From Octopus vulgaris (Eukaryota), in the NCBI GenBank assembly GCA_951406725.2, contig OX597825.1:27590001-27654000 (forward strand): a DNA stretch of 64,000 nt. The letters are read 5' to 3'. The translations under genes were made by a program, and so were the position numbers. The notes beneath the pieces are model-generated. The model searched no databases. It was not told the origin of the DNA and was given only the letters and a program-made list of their open reading frames with translations. How positions within the stretch are numbered: position 1 is the stretch's first letter; the number at the start of each line of letters is the position of its first letter. This document shows, one piece after another, positions 27,666 through 40,980 of the stretch.

Positions 27666-27860
27666 GTGATGGTGATCATTTTGTTTGTGTTAGGGGTAAA
27701 GATGTTGCTGTTAATAATGTGGATGGCGCTGTCAGCAGTAGAGATGATGATGAGGAGGAGGAGGAAGAGGAAGTCGAAGAGGAGGAAGAGGAAGTCGAAG
27801 AGGAGGAAGAGGAAGTCGAAGAGGAGGAAGAGAAAGGGGAGGAGGAGGAGGGTGACGGTG
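27170..27860. repeat. Degenerate (GAT/GGT/GAG)n low-complexity tract with a 21-bp tandem repeat (about 3.5 copies) at 27758-27832
   Basis: Trinucleotide periodicity throughout; tandem unit GAGGAGGAAGAGGAAGTCGAA. Confidence 0.9.
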
Positions 27861-28137
27861 ACTTCAAAATTTGTGGCAATAAATATTATTGCTAGAGAGA
27901 GCAGTTGCTCACGACGTAGATTCTATGGTGTGTTTGAAAGTGATGAAAGAGAGAGGGGGCTAGAGAGGGGAGAAAGAGTGTGTGTGTGTGTGTGAGGGGG
28001 AGAGAGCAGGAGAGGTGGAAGAGAGAGTGGAAGAAAGAGAGAGTGAAAAAGAGAGGGAGAGAGGGACAGAAACTGAGCGACAGAAAAACTTAACTAAATT
28101 ATTTTCGATAAAATAGAGCATTGCCTGTAGTACTAAT

Positions 28138-28200
<63 letters not shown>

Positions 28201-28209
28201 CAGCAGCTG

Positions 28210-28266
<57 letters not shown>

Positions 28267-28631
28267 CAGTATGTGATGTAGGCCTATTTAGTTTTAGTTG
28301 ATGCTGTAATCTTATTAACGATTGTAGTCGCAGTACTAAGGGTATGATTATTGTTCTTGTTGTTGCTGTTGTTGTTGTTGTTGCTGTTGGTGGGGGTGGT
28401 GGGGGTTGTGGTGGTGGTGGTGATGGTGGTGGTTGTGGTGGTGGTTGTGGTGGTGGTGGTGGTCGTGGTGATGGTGGTGGTTTTGCCTCAGGAGATTGTA
28501 TTTTACTAAGTTTAAGAAGTGGGCGATAGGTGTGCGAGCAGGTGATCTTAATTAGCTTTGTTATAATTGTCACTGTTGATTTTCTTGTTATTGTTTAGCA
28601 TCATTTAGTTCATATGCAGGATTAGAGAGTA

Positions 28632-28872
28632 CAGTAAGCACTCGCCATATCGCGATTCACTTATCGCGGTTTATTATTTAAGCTTACGTCGATTCCTCCA
28701 TGGTATTGTTTGGCATTTAAAATAAAACAAATATATGCAAATTATAAAAATTATTATAAAAATATTATAAAAATAATATATAAAACAGTATAGTACTGTT
28801 TCTACTCCGCGGATTTTCACTTATCGCGGGGTGTTTTGGAACGTAACACTCTCGATAGTCGAGGGGTTACTG
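28632..28872. mobile_element. Tigger/pogo-like MITE
   Basis: TA on both flanks; imperfect TIRs CAGTAAGCACTCGCCATATCGCG versus reverse-complemented CAGTAACCCCTCGACTATCGAG; internal repeat of TTCACTTATCGCGG. Confidence 0.85.
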
Positions 28873-29661
28873 TATATATTAGTGTTTGGTGTGAAAATGG
28901 TGGGCCTGATTAAATATCGTAAAGGAAGATTATCACGTGATGAAGGAGTTGCTCCCACGAACGTGAGATCGGGGTTTCGAATCATAGACCGGTTGTGCGT
29001 TGGGTGCGTGAGCAGAAACACTAAATTTCACTCAGCAGTAAATAGGTGACTTGGTGATGGCTTGACGTACAAGAGTGAGACTCACACATTGCATTCAGCG
29101 ATCGTAATGCTGAACAGGGCGACTTACAATATGAATCCCGACTGGTTTGGATTTGTGTGTTCAACCACGTCGAAGACCATCATCATCGTCGTCGTCATTG
29201 TCATCATCAAGTTTTCTACTAGTGTTGGTGCTTTAGCTGAAGTGGAGCATATGGTGTAGTAGTTGGCTGCAGTATACTTTCGTATACTTAATTGTTAGGA
29301 CCTTGTGATGCGGCAGTTATCAGTGGAAATGATTGGTCTTTGTGATGTTGATACTGTTGTTACTGATATTATTGTCTACTTAACCTTAACATGCATCGTA
29401 CATGAGTTAATGTAGTGGCTGATGATACGCAGGCAAGGTTTAGAAACCCTGATCTCGACCCTACAACGTGAAATCATGAGGATTTCTCTTTAGAAGTCTT
29501 TGGATTAGTCAGGCATTCAGATAGCAAATACGTAAATTGAAATTAAGTCGGATGCACATCTGGTTGATTTTAACTGTCATCCAAAGGCGCAGCCTTCACA
29601 AATGATGTACCATCCAGAGTGTGCTTGGGAATTCTCTTCAGGGTACACGTACTTATGGAAT

Positions 29662-30046
29662 GGAGGCGCAATGGCCCAGTGGTCAGGGCAGCGGACTCGC
29701 GGTCATAGGATCGCGGTTTCGATTCCCAGACCGGGCGTTGTGAGTGTTTATTGAGCGAAAACACCTAAAAGCTCCACGAGACTCCGGCAGGGGATGGTGG
29801 TGATCCCTGCTGTACTCTTTCACCACAACTTTCTCTCACTCTTACTTCCTGTTTCTGTTGTACCTGTATTTCAAAGGGCCGGCCTTGTCACTCTCTGTGT
29901 CACGCTGAATATCCCCGAGAACTACGTTAAGGGTACACGTGTCTGTGGAGTGCTCTGCCACTTACACGTTAATTTTACGAGCAGGCTGTTCCGTTGATTC
30001 GGATCAACCGGAACCCTTGTCGGCGTAACCGACGGAGTGCTTCCAC
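29662..30046 (+). mobile_element. Young tRNA-derived SINE (family D, tRNA-Arg-like head) with an 11-bp TSD
   Basis: A box TGGCCCAGTGG, B box GTTTCGATTCC; perfect TSD ACTTATGGAAT at 29651-29661 and 30047-30057. Confidence 0.93.
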
Positions 30047-30845
30047 ACTTATGGAATACGCAGCCGCTTACATGTTCAATCAGCGAATCGGACGTTCCAT
30101 TGATTGACCAACTCAATCTGCATCATCATCCAAACCGACGGAAAATCTGTCCTGAATAGCGTGTTACTTTTAATTCTTTATCACTACTACTACTGTAGTG
30201 AAGAATATATATATATATATAAATATTATCAAAAACAATCCAAGTTGGGACAGCTTTAGGAAATACTGTATCTACCAGTATTTTGCTGCATACAAGTTTT
30301 CCTACCTTTCAAATGGCGGGATATATTGGATTTGATAGTCCTAGTTAGACTGTGTACTGCCTTGAATCACGCTGATATGATCATGCTGTTATTATACATT
30401 CTAATACTGTATATCGAAGTACTATATTAAATTGCGCATGGTGTTTGATGGTGTTTGAATCGTGTTTCTATTCAATTCCTTTAGATAAAGAATAAACTTT
30501 GGCGGAATCATTTAGTTGTAGAATTTATAGAGTCTTACATTTTTTCATGAGTTCGAATTCACATTGTATTTCCTCAGGACGTGGCTATAATAAAATACCA
30601 GTGAAATGGTGAGGTCAATTTAAAGAAAATAAACTTCCCAAATCGGAGGTCTTGCAGGTATGGTTGAAATCTAAACAGAATTAACGCTATTTGCTGGAAA
30701 CATGGTTCTCAGTTTCGTTAGAATACGAGACCAAAGAATGTGAAAATATATATTAGGAGATGCGAACCGTTTTTTCTCACATGAAAGAAAAAAAAACGAC
30801 TGAGTTAATTCTAATTTGTAAACAGGAAATATCTAATTTCTAAAC

Positions 30846-31231
30846 AGGCGTAGAAGTGGCTGTGTAGTAAGTAGCTTGCTTACGAATCAAATGGGTCCGG
30901 GTTCAGTCCCACTGCGTGGCACCTTGGGCAAGTGTCTTCTACTATAGCCTCGGGCCGACCAAAGGATTTGGTAGACGGAAACTGAAAGAAGCCCGTCGTA
31001 TATATGTATATATATATATATGTGTGTGTATGTGTTTGTACCCCCAACATCGCTTTACAACCGATGCTGGTGTTTTCACTTCCCTGTCACGTAGCGGTTC
31101 GGGTGAAGACCGATAGAATAAGTACTAGGCTAACAAAGAATAAGTCCTGGGGTTGATTTGCTCGACTAAAGGTGGTGCTCCAGCATAGCCACAGTCAAAT
31201 GACTGAAACAAGTAAAAGAGTAAAAAGAGTA
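30846..31231 (+). mobile_element. SINE family C, full length
   Basis: tRNA-like head, CORE-like ACCTTGGGCAAGTGTCTT, internal (TA)/(TG) tract, tail GGTGCTCCAGCAT..GACTGAAACAAGTAAAAGAG. Confidence 0.92.
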
Positions 31232-31974
31232 GGAAATGGAACTCTTACGGAAAGCTTTATTCCTGACAGTGATTAACACTTCTCCACGGTTCGGATAAAA
31301 CTAAGCTGTCAGAGAGAACACTGATGAGAAAGTATTTTACTTTAAGTCTATACTAGTTTTACTGATTGCTATAGTAATTGCTGGGTTTGCTTTTTGTTAA
31401 TTAATTTACTGGAAGGCGGAGTCTTGTCAATGGCTATTAACTTTACAATTAGACGCGATGCTGAGATAACCGCTGACAGATCTGTAACACACGGAATAAC
31501 ACTTGTAGTGATTTCTCAGCTTGTTACAAATATATTCGTAGATGTGGATCCTGTTTTTGTTGTTGCTGTCAGGAGTAAAGATAATTTTATTGAGTTTCGT
31601 TATTGTTGTACGTGTGTGTATGTTGGTACTGCAGTGTTCTTGATGATGGTAGCGATGGTAGCGATAGCATTGACTTCGTCATGTGAGTCGTCATAATTGT
31701 TATTGTCATTGTGGTGGTTGCTGCATATTGTAATCGTGGTGGGGACCCTAGTGGCGATGGCTGTGAGGATTATGTAGTCATTGCATTTCGTTTTCACTCT
31801 TGTTCATGTCATTGATGGTTTATTGTAGTTACAATATTAGTATCTGTTGCGGTTGCGGTTGCGGTTGCGGTTGCGGTTGCTACAATTTAGGCCCAATTGA
31901 ATCCGAGTAGATCAAACTATGATCAAACATTCTAGACATGACCATCCCGATTTGTTCCATTCTTATGTACACAT

Positions 31975-32134
31975 AGGCGTAGGAGTTGCTGTGTAGTAAA
32001 TAGCTTCCTTACCAACCACATGGTTCCGGGTTCAGTCCCACAGCGTGGCACCTTGGGCATGTGTCTTCTACTATAGCCTCGGGGCGATCAAGTGAGTGGA
32101 TTTGGTAAACGGAAACTGAAAGAAGCTCATCGTA

Positions 32135-32171
<37 letters not shown>

Positions 32172-32395
32172 ATGTATATGTTTGTGTGCCTGTGCTTGTC
32201 CCCTTCCAACATCGCTTGACGACCGATGCTGGTGTGTTTACGTCCCCGTAACTTAGCGGTTCGGGAAAATGGAACGATAGAATAAGTACTAGGCTTACAA
32301 AGAATAAGTCCTAGGATCGATTTGCTCGACTAAAGTTGGTGCTCTAGCATGGCCACAGTCAAATGACTGAAACAAGTAAAAGAGAGTAAAAGAGA
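31975..32395 (+). mobile_element. SINE family C, full length
   Basis: High similarity to 30846-31231 over its whole length. Confidence 0.92.
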
Positions 32396-32974
32396 AATAG
32401 TTCACGACTTTACTTTTACAAATAAGGTTGGGTGGGATTCAACAGAGCTTTCGCTGTTATATCGAGAACATCGAGCACCTCTTTCAGTGGAGATGTTGCA
32501 AAGAGGGGTAATTATGGCATTGCTGTTGCTATTGATCTCGTTAATGGTGGTTTATGATAACCCCTAATGGTGATGATATTACTGCCGCTGAATATTTTCT
32601 CAGTTAATAATATTGATAAATATAAACTGTAGTTTCATCAGAATTCTCTGATTATTCTAAAAACGAAAGGGTCTCTGCAGATTATGTTTTTGCTCCTGCC
32701 CTAACTACGATTATCTTCGCAGAACCTGTGTTCAGGTTAGATGGTAGTTAAGCTAACCATTACTTCGGTGGTTGTTGAGCGCGTTTGATGTTAATGCTGG
32801 ACGCAGTTCTTTCCGACTGACGGTAACTTGTGTGTGGATTTCCAGTCTATGTTTACTGCTCTCCTTAATAAAAGTAAAAGGCTTCATTGTCTTGTGAGAA
32901 ATTTGTTTCGTAGGAAATCTCATACTAACTTCGGAGTGAATTACTTAAAAGCAATCTGGACGCGGCACTCTTTC

Positions 32975-33211
32975 GGCAGCGCATTGTGTCTTTGAGCAAG
33001 ACACTTTATTTCATACTGCTCCAGTCCACTCAGCTGGCGAAAATGAGTAGTACCTGTATTTGAAAGGACCTGCCTTGTCACACTTAATCTTCCTGAGAAC
33101 TACTAAGGGTACACGTGTCTGTTGTGCCCAGCGACTTGCACGTTAATTTCAGGAGCAAGCTGCTTTTTGATCATATCAGCTGGGGCCCTCGCTGTCGTAA
33201 CCGACGGAGTG
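32975..33211 (+). mobile_element. 5'-truncated SINE combining a family-E core with a family-D tail
   Basis: TTGAGCAAGACACTTTATTTCATACTGCTCCAGTCCACTCA as at about 58533; GTACCTGTATTT..GTAACCGACGGAGTG as at 29860-30040. Confidence 0.8.
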
Positions 33212-33215
33212 TTCT

Positions 33216-33255
<40 letters not shown>

Positions 33256-33263
33256 CACACACA

Positions 33264-33309
<46 letters not shown>

Positions 33310-34423
33310 TGTATGTAGTATATGTATATGTAAATGTATATGTGTGTGTATGTGTGTATTTTATGAATGGAAGAATTGAGCGGGTGCACTGTTCTAGGTA
33401 TGTACGCAAGAGTTATTTGTAGTAGTCTTTGAATTATGTACTAATTGTAGTCGTAGTAGTTGTATTTATAATACAAGAATTACAAGAAAAACATAACTGT
33501 TTTTGACACCCGTGTATACAAAGCAAGCCGTACATATTTTGCTGTAGTGTTGTTTTGTATATTGTCAGGTGGATTTTGATCTGATATGGGGAGATGTAAA
33601 AGTAGTTAAGGCGAGGTTTGTGATGTTGATAGTGTAGAAAAGAAAAAATAAATAGAACTGCTTTGAGAGAAATGTGTAGTACGCTTCAGTTTTGTTTTTA
33701 TGCTTCTTGTTTTTCTTAAATGTAACTTTAGTTCAAGTGATATTTGTTCTAGTGGTTGCACCGATCTTGTCTTCTTTTTAGTAATATAAAAATGAATAAC
33801 GTAGTATTTGCGATTATCTTTCTAAGAATAGGAAAAAGAATGAAATATAACTGGTTATCAGAGAACTATGTACTTTACTTTTCTTTGTAGGTAGATAAAA
33901 TAGCGGGCATAGTGATGCTGGTTTTAATAGTTTCGGTAGTAGTTTTGGTGGTAATGGTGGTATCAGGAAGAGAAAAATGATAAGGATATAAAGCTATCTT
34001 TAGCAAAACCGTACAAAGGAAAATAAAAGAAAGACCGTCACAGCAGGCCTTAGCTTTAAATGGTGTGTTACTAGTGGGGGGTTGTTTCGTGAAGATAATT
34101 GTAGTCTTCAGTATTGTTGTTGTTGTTGTTGATTTGTTGGTGATGTAAACATGATAGCGATGGTTGCGACTGAGCCAATGTTGCTGATAAAGAATAGATA
34201 AAGAAATATAGCTGCCTTTGACAGAACGATATATAAAATGTGACACATCTGTCATCTGTCAGAGTGGGCCAATCGCTGGCAACCAATACTTCCTGTTCGG
34301 GTTTTCTGATAGATATCGATTGCGAAGTCTCATAGATGTATACATATGTAGTGTATGTATATATACATATGTATGTATGTTATATATATATATATATATA
34401 TAAGGAAAAATATCGGGTTCTAA

Positions 34424-34460
<37 letters not shown>

Positions 34461-35334
34461 AGTATGTATGTATATATATACATATATATATACAGGGAAA
34501 TCATTGTAGTGATGAGAGCTTTGTTGTTGTTGTTGTCGTTCCTTTTGATGTTGATTGGTGGTGGACTGTGAGTTGTGTTGGTACATTTATTGATAATGCA
34601 TTGATATTGATTTTAGTGATGACAGTGATATTAGATGTGTGTCTCATATTGCTTGCTTTGGTTGTATTAGTGACAGTAATTTTAGTACACTGTGGCAACC
34701 ACCACAGATATGTTTATAGTAGTGGTAGTTTTGTTATTATATTTTTAGCGATATTTTGCCATGAAGTAGTCCTGATTGTAAAATCCTATGGCTACGACCG
34801 AATACGTACGAAACAAATGTCCATCGTTGAAGTTAAACATACGTCTTTGTACAGCCAAGGACCATGTTGCACTCACTGAAATATACCGGTGGATTACATA
34901 GATTGTTGTCAGGCAGCCCTGATCACAAAATAAATAAATAAAAGTTCTTTCCTTTCATACTGCACTGCAGTTCGTTCGTAGATTCTGATGACAACCATAT
35001 CAATGGCGGCCTGTGGACTTGATAAGAGGGTGACATTTCTACTCTTCAGAATAACTATTTCTCATGTGCACCCCTACACTGTGTTTGTTCGAGAGAGCAG
35101 CGAAATGTTAGCTGTTTTATATTCCTTGCAGTTTACTACCTTTTGTTGGGAAGAGATTCAATGGTTACAGAGAATTTCCTAAGTTCATAATAGAATCAAC
35201 ATATTACTTTTTGCATCTGTTGTCCAAGTATTGAAGCGATTACTTTACATGTATGTATGTATTCTTTTGCTTTTTAAATAAAAATTCTGTCTTTCCTTTC
35301 AAGCAGTAACGGAATTTTATATAATGCTTAATAT

Positions 35335-35552
35335 TCTGGATTTGAATTCATTCTAATTTTAGCACAAAGTCAGTGATTTTGATGAGGAACAGGACAATTA
35401 AATCGATCCCACTACTTGACTGGTGCATTATCTTATCGACTCCGACAGGTTGAAAAGCAAAGTTGACCTCGAGAGAAATCGAACTCAGAACGTATAGAAT
35501 CGGAAAAAGTGTCAGTAAACTTTATATCCCAGAGCTAACGATTCTGCCAGCT
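35335..35552 (-). mobile_element. SINE family A
   Basis: GAAAAGCAAAGTTGACCTCG..GAACTCAGAACGTA..CTAACGATTCTGCCAGCT. Confidence 0.8.
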
Positions 35553-35834
35553 TTTGGGATTATTTTTTGCGGTTACAAGAAAGAACAGAGAAAATGGATT
35601 TTACAAGTAATATCTTAAGTCTGGTGTTGACGGGCCAGCTTTCTAGGTGATTGAAATATTCTGAAATAGTTATTTAGAAATTATTTTAGAAAGATGTAAG
35701 GGGGGTGGTCACCATGCACATTGCGTATAAGGACGATGAAATGAAGAAGGAGATCCTTGACTTCGTAAATATTGATGTTTCCTATCCTTATGTGAATGTA
35801 CTGTTCAGTTTCTAGACATATCTAAAGGCATTAC

Positions 35835-36123
35835 GGTGATGTACTTGCATAGCAAATGACCTGATCGGAGATCGTGTGCTGGAACGAAGACAATTGTAGT
35901 GTGTAAGGTGTTTATAAGACACTTAAGAAACACACAAAACAGTTAGATTCACTTCAACATTTAAATTTATGTTGCCAAAATATTTTCGTTGCTTTGAGAC
36001 CGCAACCTGTTCACTGACAGAATACCGAGATGCAGAACGGAATTTTTGTCAGTGAACACACAAAGATCTAACGGCTTTTGTGTGTTTCTTAATTGTCTTA
36101 TAAACACCTTCCACGCTGCAATT
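35835..36123. mobile_element. Fold-back element of PLE-type repeat family B with a G3-C8 hammerhead fold
   Basis: Inverted arms (AAGGTGTTTATAAGACA.TTAAGAAACACACAAAA and its complement), with an internal deletion in the right arm. Homologs at 45303-45431 and 59241-59417. Confidence 0.8.
35973..36019 (-). ncRNA. Type I hammerhead fold with a G3-C8 core
   Basis: UGUCA-GUGAACA-G-GUUGC-GGUCUCAAA-GCAAC-GAAA-AUAU-UU-UGGCA: 5-bp stems I and II and palindromic stem III AAUAUU. Confidence 0.7.
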
Positions 36124-36409
36124 ATCTAATTAAGGGGTTTTCTCTGTTTATATTCCCGTTACAATATGAAAATATTGTGATGTCTGATAGGTATTGCCTT
36201 CTTGTTGAACTTGCTATTATAGACTGCCAATTTCTTATTTATTCTTTTCACGTCAATAAAAAAAATTGCCCGTCGAGTTCTGGTGTCGGTTTACTTAACT
36301 GAGTCATCACCAACAAATTTCGAACATTGTACCGAGGTCAGAGAGAATTCTTATTAATGTCATTATGATTATTCCGCACACACAAACATACACACCCACA
36401 CACAGCTAC

Positions 36410-36478
<69 letters not shown>

Positions 36479-37235
36479 AGACATAAAAAGAGAGAAGTGG
36501 GGAGACACCAAGATATATAGACAGATAGATATTTCTATATCCATTATATCTACTTCACTCACAATGCAGGTGTGTGTGCGTTTTTTAGTATGTTAGTATG
36601 TGTAGATGTATGTACACATAAGTACATATATATATATTAGTACATTTCAATACACACGGACACACACATACACACACTGGCACACACACACACTAACAAA
36701 CACAGTGCATCGCATAGGAGAAAGAACGTGTGAATAGTTAAATATAATTTAGAATACGTCTTCGTTTAACAAGCGCAAGGACGTAAATTATATTCCCGAA
36801 GGATCTAGCATATGTAGCTGTAAGGCTATCTTAAATTAATCCAGGTGTAAATATTCCGCTATTAGCGTCTTAAGCGATTACTTCAGCTGCAATGCTTCAG
36901 ATAATTACCTCCCTTACCGTAGTATCACACGCCATTTTGAATTGTTGTCAATTATAGTGGGTAGGTTTTTTTTTCCTCCTTGTATCTGAACTGTAAAACC
37001 TTAAACTGACTTACAGGGAAATTAATAAGAATGCTGAAATGCATATGGCCTTTAAATATCTACAACTTGCATGATGTATGCGTATAAAGAAACACACAAA
37101 AAAATCCATACACACGCATAAAAATGTACAAGCAGTTATCAGTATTTAGATATATGAGAGTGTGAGGAAGAGAGGAAGAGAGAGCGCAACACACACAAAT
37201 ATGTATTCCTGCTTGTAAATATATATATATATAAC

Positions 37236-37323
<88 letters not shown>

Positions 37324-37392
37324 CTATCTATCTTTCTATATAAAAAAAAATCTGCAGAAAATTTACCGTGAAACGTATCGTTCTACATATAC

Positions 37393-37441
<49 letters not shown>

Positions 37442-37626
37442 TGTGTGTATGTGTGTGTGTGTGTGTGTGTGTATAATATATATATATATAATATAATATT
37501 ATATATATATTTAAACAATGGTGGGGTAGAAATTGATATTAATTAATTAAAACCTGTGGCTTAGCATATTTAAGAAATCCGAAGATTAAAAATTATATTG
37601 TATACAAAATTAAGAGGAATGACTGC

Positions 37627-37883
37627 AGGTGGACTCCAAATATGCTAAAGATAGACGCTAAATCGCCTAACCACGAATAGTGGGTTCTCAAAAAAAAATT
37701 CAGCAAAACGCCAGAATGTAAATAAAAATGAGCAAGACAATTGAAAATATATGAAAATATACCTAGATTTTGATTTTTTTTCCTCATTTTTACGTTCTGA
37801 CGTATTGCTGAAATTTTTTTGAGAACACACTCTTCGTGGTAAGGCGTTTTGACATCTATCTTTAGCATATTAGGAGTCCACCT
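37627..37883. mobile_element. About 257-bp fold-back element
   Basis: Arms of about 105 bp (AGGTGGACTCC..ATATGCTAAAGATAGA..GTTCTCAAAAAAAA.TTCAGCAA) inverted around a roughly 50-bp spacer. Confidence 0.8.
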
Positions 37884-38071
37884 TGGTGTTCATATATATA
37901 TATACCTTCGAAACACGCATTGAGTCGAAACAGGGGCAGCTGATGAAGTGGAATATGCCTTGTATTGTTTGTCTTTTACTGTTTTTTCGCTGTTAAAAAA
38001 AGTCCGTTTCCTTGTTTGATTCTATGTTTTCGTTTCACGTTGTGTTCTACGTTTATTTGTGGTGTCCTGTA

Positions 38072-38107
<36 letters not shown>

Positions 38108-38153
38108 TGTATGTATACATATAGATGTATATGTTTTATTTATTAAATTGTTG

Positions 38154-38207
<54 letters not shown>

Positions 38208-39102
38208 ATATATAGAGGATGCGGTGAACATGTTGTCGTCTAAATTAAGCAAAAATAAAAATAACACTGACATCCCATCTTAATAGTTACACTTTCCAAA
38301 ATTACATTAAAATATCTTGAAATACTAATGTGTAAATTTATTCAATAAAATCGCTATTCGTTTCAAACAAGACAATATACACGTGGTTATCGTGAAAAAG
38401 TATAAATCTGACTTATTTTTGTATGTAGACGGGCGGATCCGCTTTGTGTATGTACAATGATTTGTATTTATATTTCTCGTTTAGTGTATTGCCGAAGAAA
38501 AAATGCCTGTTTTGTGACTTTAATCCAGAAATTAGACCCAGTTAACAATTAACATGTTAATTAATTTAATACTTTTTCACTCGCCCGAAAGGAATCCTGT
38601 GTATAACTTGAAGTTTTTCGGTATTTGAGACCCTCGTCATTTTCAAATATATATTTATAATTATTAATTTAATTATGTGTGTGTGTGTTGTATGTTGCAA
38701 CAATATACATATAGATTCATACTTTCATAGGTTTCGGCCAGTTCTGGCTCAGGCCATGTTTAACTTAATTGCACCACCTGGTAAAATCATTCATCTCAGG
38801 AATATGACAACATGGCCCATTCGAGTAGAGAGTTATTGTTTACGGAGAAATATCCGGGTGTAGGAGGTTTATCTGCGACTTTATGAATGCATTTGTCCAA
38901 AGATTTCTTGAAATTTATGGGGTTTGTCTCTGATTTAATATTTTGTTGCAACGTTAAAGAGAGCAGGGCCATTTGAAGTGGAATAATTATGCTGTATTCT
39001 TATTATGTGATGCGACTATGCTTTATGTTGCAAAAAGGTACCACGGGGCCCGAGTCTTGGGTTTAAAAACAGCAACAAAAAGCAACAACAATATTAATAC
39101 TA

Positions 39103-39161
<59 letters not shown>

Positions 39162-40949
39162 AAGGATAATAATAAGGATAATAATAATAATATTTTCTCT
39201 CTCCTCCCTCCCTCTCTTTCTCTTTTTAACTTATATAATGATAGCATAACCCTTGATATATGTTTTCTTGCCCGATACTTTATTGTTCAGCGGCAATATC
39301 TCCTTGGAGCTTCCAGGGATGTATATATCTACCAAAAATGTTTACCGGAATGACTTCATAATATTTCCTTTACCTATGTGATGCTTTTACAGTTTGGGAT
39401 TGCTAACTTAAACCCAAATAAGTGGGATTAGCATTTAACCCTTGAGTGGGTACATAAGATTGTAAATGAAAATGTTTACCAATAGTGAACGAATACGTCT
39501 GATGTTTTTCCTCTATTATATTTACACCGACGATATAAGTCACACGAAATGAAGCGATTCTACGATTATGAGCATGCTAAATAGATATAAGTGGAGTTAA
39601 AAATCTGATGCACAGAATTTCAAACATTTTTCATTTTCTCATGCATAGAGAAGTGAGAGACGTTAAGAGCCAGTGCAATTTCATAAGAAATTTGATAACA
39701 TATAATGCTGATTTCATAACCAATTAGAAAGATTCCTATAAAAATATATCCTTAAAGAATGGGAAAGTAAGATGTAATGTATGTACAGCTGAAAACAAAT
39801 TCAGAAACAAAAACAAAATAGAGAGAAGGGGAAGGAAAGAGAGAGAGAGAGAATTTCTAATTCCGTTAAATACTTTAATATAAAGTCTGAAAATATTACA
39901 GCGCCTTGAATCTCAACTTCACAGCTACAGAAATGTTTAATTTCTAATCACTATCAGAGGAAAAAGAGCTTTCCATATAGGTGTCGCTCCTTTCCTGACA
40001 TCATACAATTTTACCACAAAACTTAAACGAGTCATATTATCATATTTAAAAATATTTACTCACCGTATGCACTGGATTGATTAATAAGTAAATGTAGGTC
40101 TGTATATTCAATTACATGAGCGTAGGGGAATATTTCGGCATTTTCTAATACTCTAAAAGTACACATGAAATGATTTTTTTGCTCGCTGTGCATTGGTTGT
40201 TTCGTTTATTTCTATTTTTAGTGATATTCATGCTTTTAGTCGAATTTTCTTTAACTTACACCCATTCCAGTATCTATTTCTATCAGTTGCTCAACGATAA
40301 ATTCAGGATTTTTCTTGCTTTTGCACTTATTCGCTATTCCTTTTGTTATCTCCATTCGTTTGCTCAAAATCCACTTTAACACTGAAGACTTTAAGTTAAT
40401 ATTATTATTCATATCTGTTTTTGAAATACTACAAAAGTTGAAAGAAAAAATATCATATATAAACATAAATCTGGCGCCGCGTATATTTCTTGCAAAACAG
40501 TATGCACAACCGGAAAATTATGTTAGTTCAAATACACCGGTATGCTTGAGGAATCATTTTTTCTCCCAAAATGGCATGTAACTCAGTGGTTTAATATATC
40601 TTCTATAAAGAACCGTGCAGCTCTTTCTTTGTATAGATACGTATATGTACAATTAGATACATACATCTACATAAGTGTATGTACATATGCGTAGGTGGCT
40701 ACGCTTGTGTCTTCCTATGCGTGTGTCTACATACTTATAGAGACCACATATGCATATAGCATTAATCCTCACACACTGCACATATTTATTTAACCATTAA
40801 TATGCCTATGTCTTTCGTTATATATGTATGTATATAAATGTGTGTGTATACATATATATACATACATATATTTGTGCATGTGTGAGTGTGAGTGTATATG
40901 GCATGTGTGTGTGTGTGAGTGTATGTGTGTCTATATATCAACACACACA

Positions 40950-40980
<31 letters not shown>

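Noticed and set aside
27180-27995. 271-aa Met-rich ORF with a basic tail
   Set aside because: Degenerate (GAT)n/(GAG)n sequence that is open in several frames on both strands.
29662-29735. tRNA gene
   Set aside because: It continues into a SINE body, is bounded by a TSD, and I could not build an acceptor stem.
37905-37960. GAAAC...CTGATGA as a type II hammerhead
   Set aside because: Stems I and II could not be paired.
39435-39668. Second piggyBac-like MITE starting TTAACCCTTGAG
   Set aside because: No matching right TIR found.
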